Source of the DNA: a virus
Taxonomy: Duplodnaviria > Heunggongvirae > Uroviricota > Caudoviricetes
DNA: 64,000 nt
IMG/VR virus record: IMGVR_UViG_3300003310_000099
Span: 309,405 to 373,404 of that record
Direction: 5' to 3' (one strand)
Of the stretch, positions 62,828-64,000 are shown piece by piece (within the stretch, counting starts at the first letter, position 1; each line of letters starts with the position of its first letter). A program made the translations under genes and the position numbers. The notes below the pieces were generated by a model. It did no database searches. It saw only the letters and a list, made by a program, of their open reading frames with translations, and was not told the origin of the DNA.

Positions 62828-64000
62828 ATGAATACTTGGTTAAAGATAAAGAATAAGATATACGCAGAAAAATTGAGCGAGATTGATGGTCTGTTTAGTT
62901 TAACAGAGTCCAATTCATCATGGGGTGCTAATCTACAGTCGTGGGCATCAAACCAGAAATTCAATAAATACAAATCTTTAGCTTTGAGCCTTGGCGAATA
63001 CCATGAGGTTAATAAGAATTTAACCAGGATAAATGAAGAATTATTCCATGAATTTAGAAACAAAGAAGCTGTTAGCTCCTTCAAAGAAGAGTTCAAAAAA
63101 TACTACAAGATATTGCTAAACCAAAAAGAAAATGGTTTAAAGTTAGAAGTAGCAGCCGAATTAATAGAAGAAAATGAACTGTCATTAGAGGCTTTGTCAG
63201 CTTGGTATTTGGAGAACAAAAATCTTCCAGAAATTGAATTTAAAGAGGCTGTAGGTGAATTTTTAGGAGACGTATGGAAGGGTACTAAGCGAGGTGCTGG
63301 ATATGGTGCATTAGGCGGTGCTACTGTTGGCGGTCTGTCCACTGGTGGAATGGGAGCTTTAGCTGGTGCTGGTTTAGGTGGTGCTGCGGGTGCGCTAGGT
63401 GGTGCTGCGCTAGGTGGTGGAAAACATCTTCTAAACAGATTCTTGAATTGGCAGAAAACAAGAAACACACCAGCCTCACCAGCTAGTGGGGATGAAGGGT
63501 CAAGTAGTTCTCCTAATTATAGCACTTTACGAAGCGGTCGTGGTGGGTTAAGAGGTAGTTCGGGCAGCGACAGTTCTTCCAATACTGAAACACTACCAGA
63601 TTATAAAAACCAAACAGAATTTGAGAAGGTTAAGAAAGAAGCATTGGCGATATTGCAAAAACTGAAGCAGTATTCAACCAACCTAGAAACTGACACTAAC
63701 TTTCATCATTTATTAGACACAATAATAGAGAAATTGGGTGGAGATAAAGCCCCAACTGTACCAGTTCCAGATAAGAATTTCCAAGCACAGGTGGCACCTC
63801 CAGTAGGTGGGAGTTCCTTTGATACAGGAATGCAAAACACAGGTAGCGTAAGTTCTTTTGACACAGGTTCAATCCACGCATTGCCAGGTGCGCCACCAGC
63901 AGCTACAGTAAGTGCTGCTACACCAAAACCAAGTGCTGCTGCCCCAAAACCACCAGCAGTCTCAGCAAGTGCTGCTGCCCCAAAACCACCAGCAGTCTCA
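62828..64000 (+). CDS. Glycine-zipper protein with Pro/Ala repeats, truncated by the window end (absent from the ORF track)
   Basis: Frame open from ATG 62828 (5 nt after CTAAATA) to 64000; GAGYGALGGATVGG..GALAGAGLGGAAGALGG; SAAAPKPPAVS repeats. Confidence 0.8.
   Translation, partial: MNTWLKIKNKIYAEKLSEIDGLFSLTESNSSWGANLQSWASNQKFNKYKSLALSLGEYHEVNKNLTRINEELFHEFRNKEAVSSFKEEFKKYYKILLNQKENGLKLEVAAELIEENELSLEALSAWYLENKNLPEIEFKEAVGEFLGDVWKGTKRGAGYGALGGATVGGLSTGGMGALAGAGLGGAAGALGGAALGGGKHLLNRFLNWQKTRNTPASPASGDEGSSSSPNYSTLRSGRGGLRGSSGSDSSSNTETLPDYKNQTEFEKVKKEALAILQKLKQYSTNLETDTNFHHLLDTIIEKLGGDKAPTVPVPDKNFQAQVAPPVGGSSFDTGMQNTGSVSSFDTGSIHALPGAPPAATVSAATPKPSAAAPKPPAVSASAAAPKPPAVS

Noticed and set aside
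1-64000. Alternative genetic code (stop-codon reassignment)
   Set aside because: Long genes are intact and tightly packed under the standard code, with TAA, TAG and TGA all used as stops.

Overview
Window from a large myovirus (jumbo-phage-like) genome with two sharply different parts. (1) About 1-15.8 kb is relatively GC-rich and holds about 55 short co-oriented (+) ORFs. They are organised as cassettes, almost all headed by a 16-bp motif CTTAGCTGTAC(C/T)NAGT, of which I count 39 forward and 2 inverted copies. This part also contains a family of CAGGGT-CGCCC-ACCCTG hairpins, two ~234-bp non-coding direct repeats each bounded by outward-facing motif copies, a tRNA-like RNA with a 68-nt structured insert in its anticodon loop, an Rnl1-type RNA ligase and a P-loop kinase. 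(2) About 15.8-64 kb is AT-rich. It carries accessory enzymes (CCA-adding enzyme, HAD RNA-repair phosphatase, ClpP, glycosyltransferases, actin-like ATPase, nucleases) and a contractile-tail module: tape measure, LysM/gp53-like, intein-containing hub, gp5/VgrG-like spike, gp25, wedge proteins, PKD proteins and a 1877-aa Cys/Pro repeat protein. Many late genes follow (C/A)TAAATA or TATATA boxes with near-leaderless starts, and several enzymes carry an N-terminal tag resembling the T4 capsid-targeting sequence. The best candidate for an undescribed system is the motif-delimited cassette array with its bounded 234-bp elements. All product calls come from motif recognition by eye; no searches were run.
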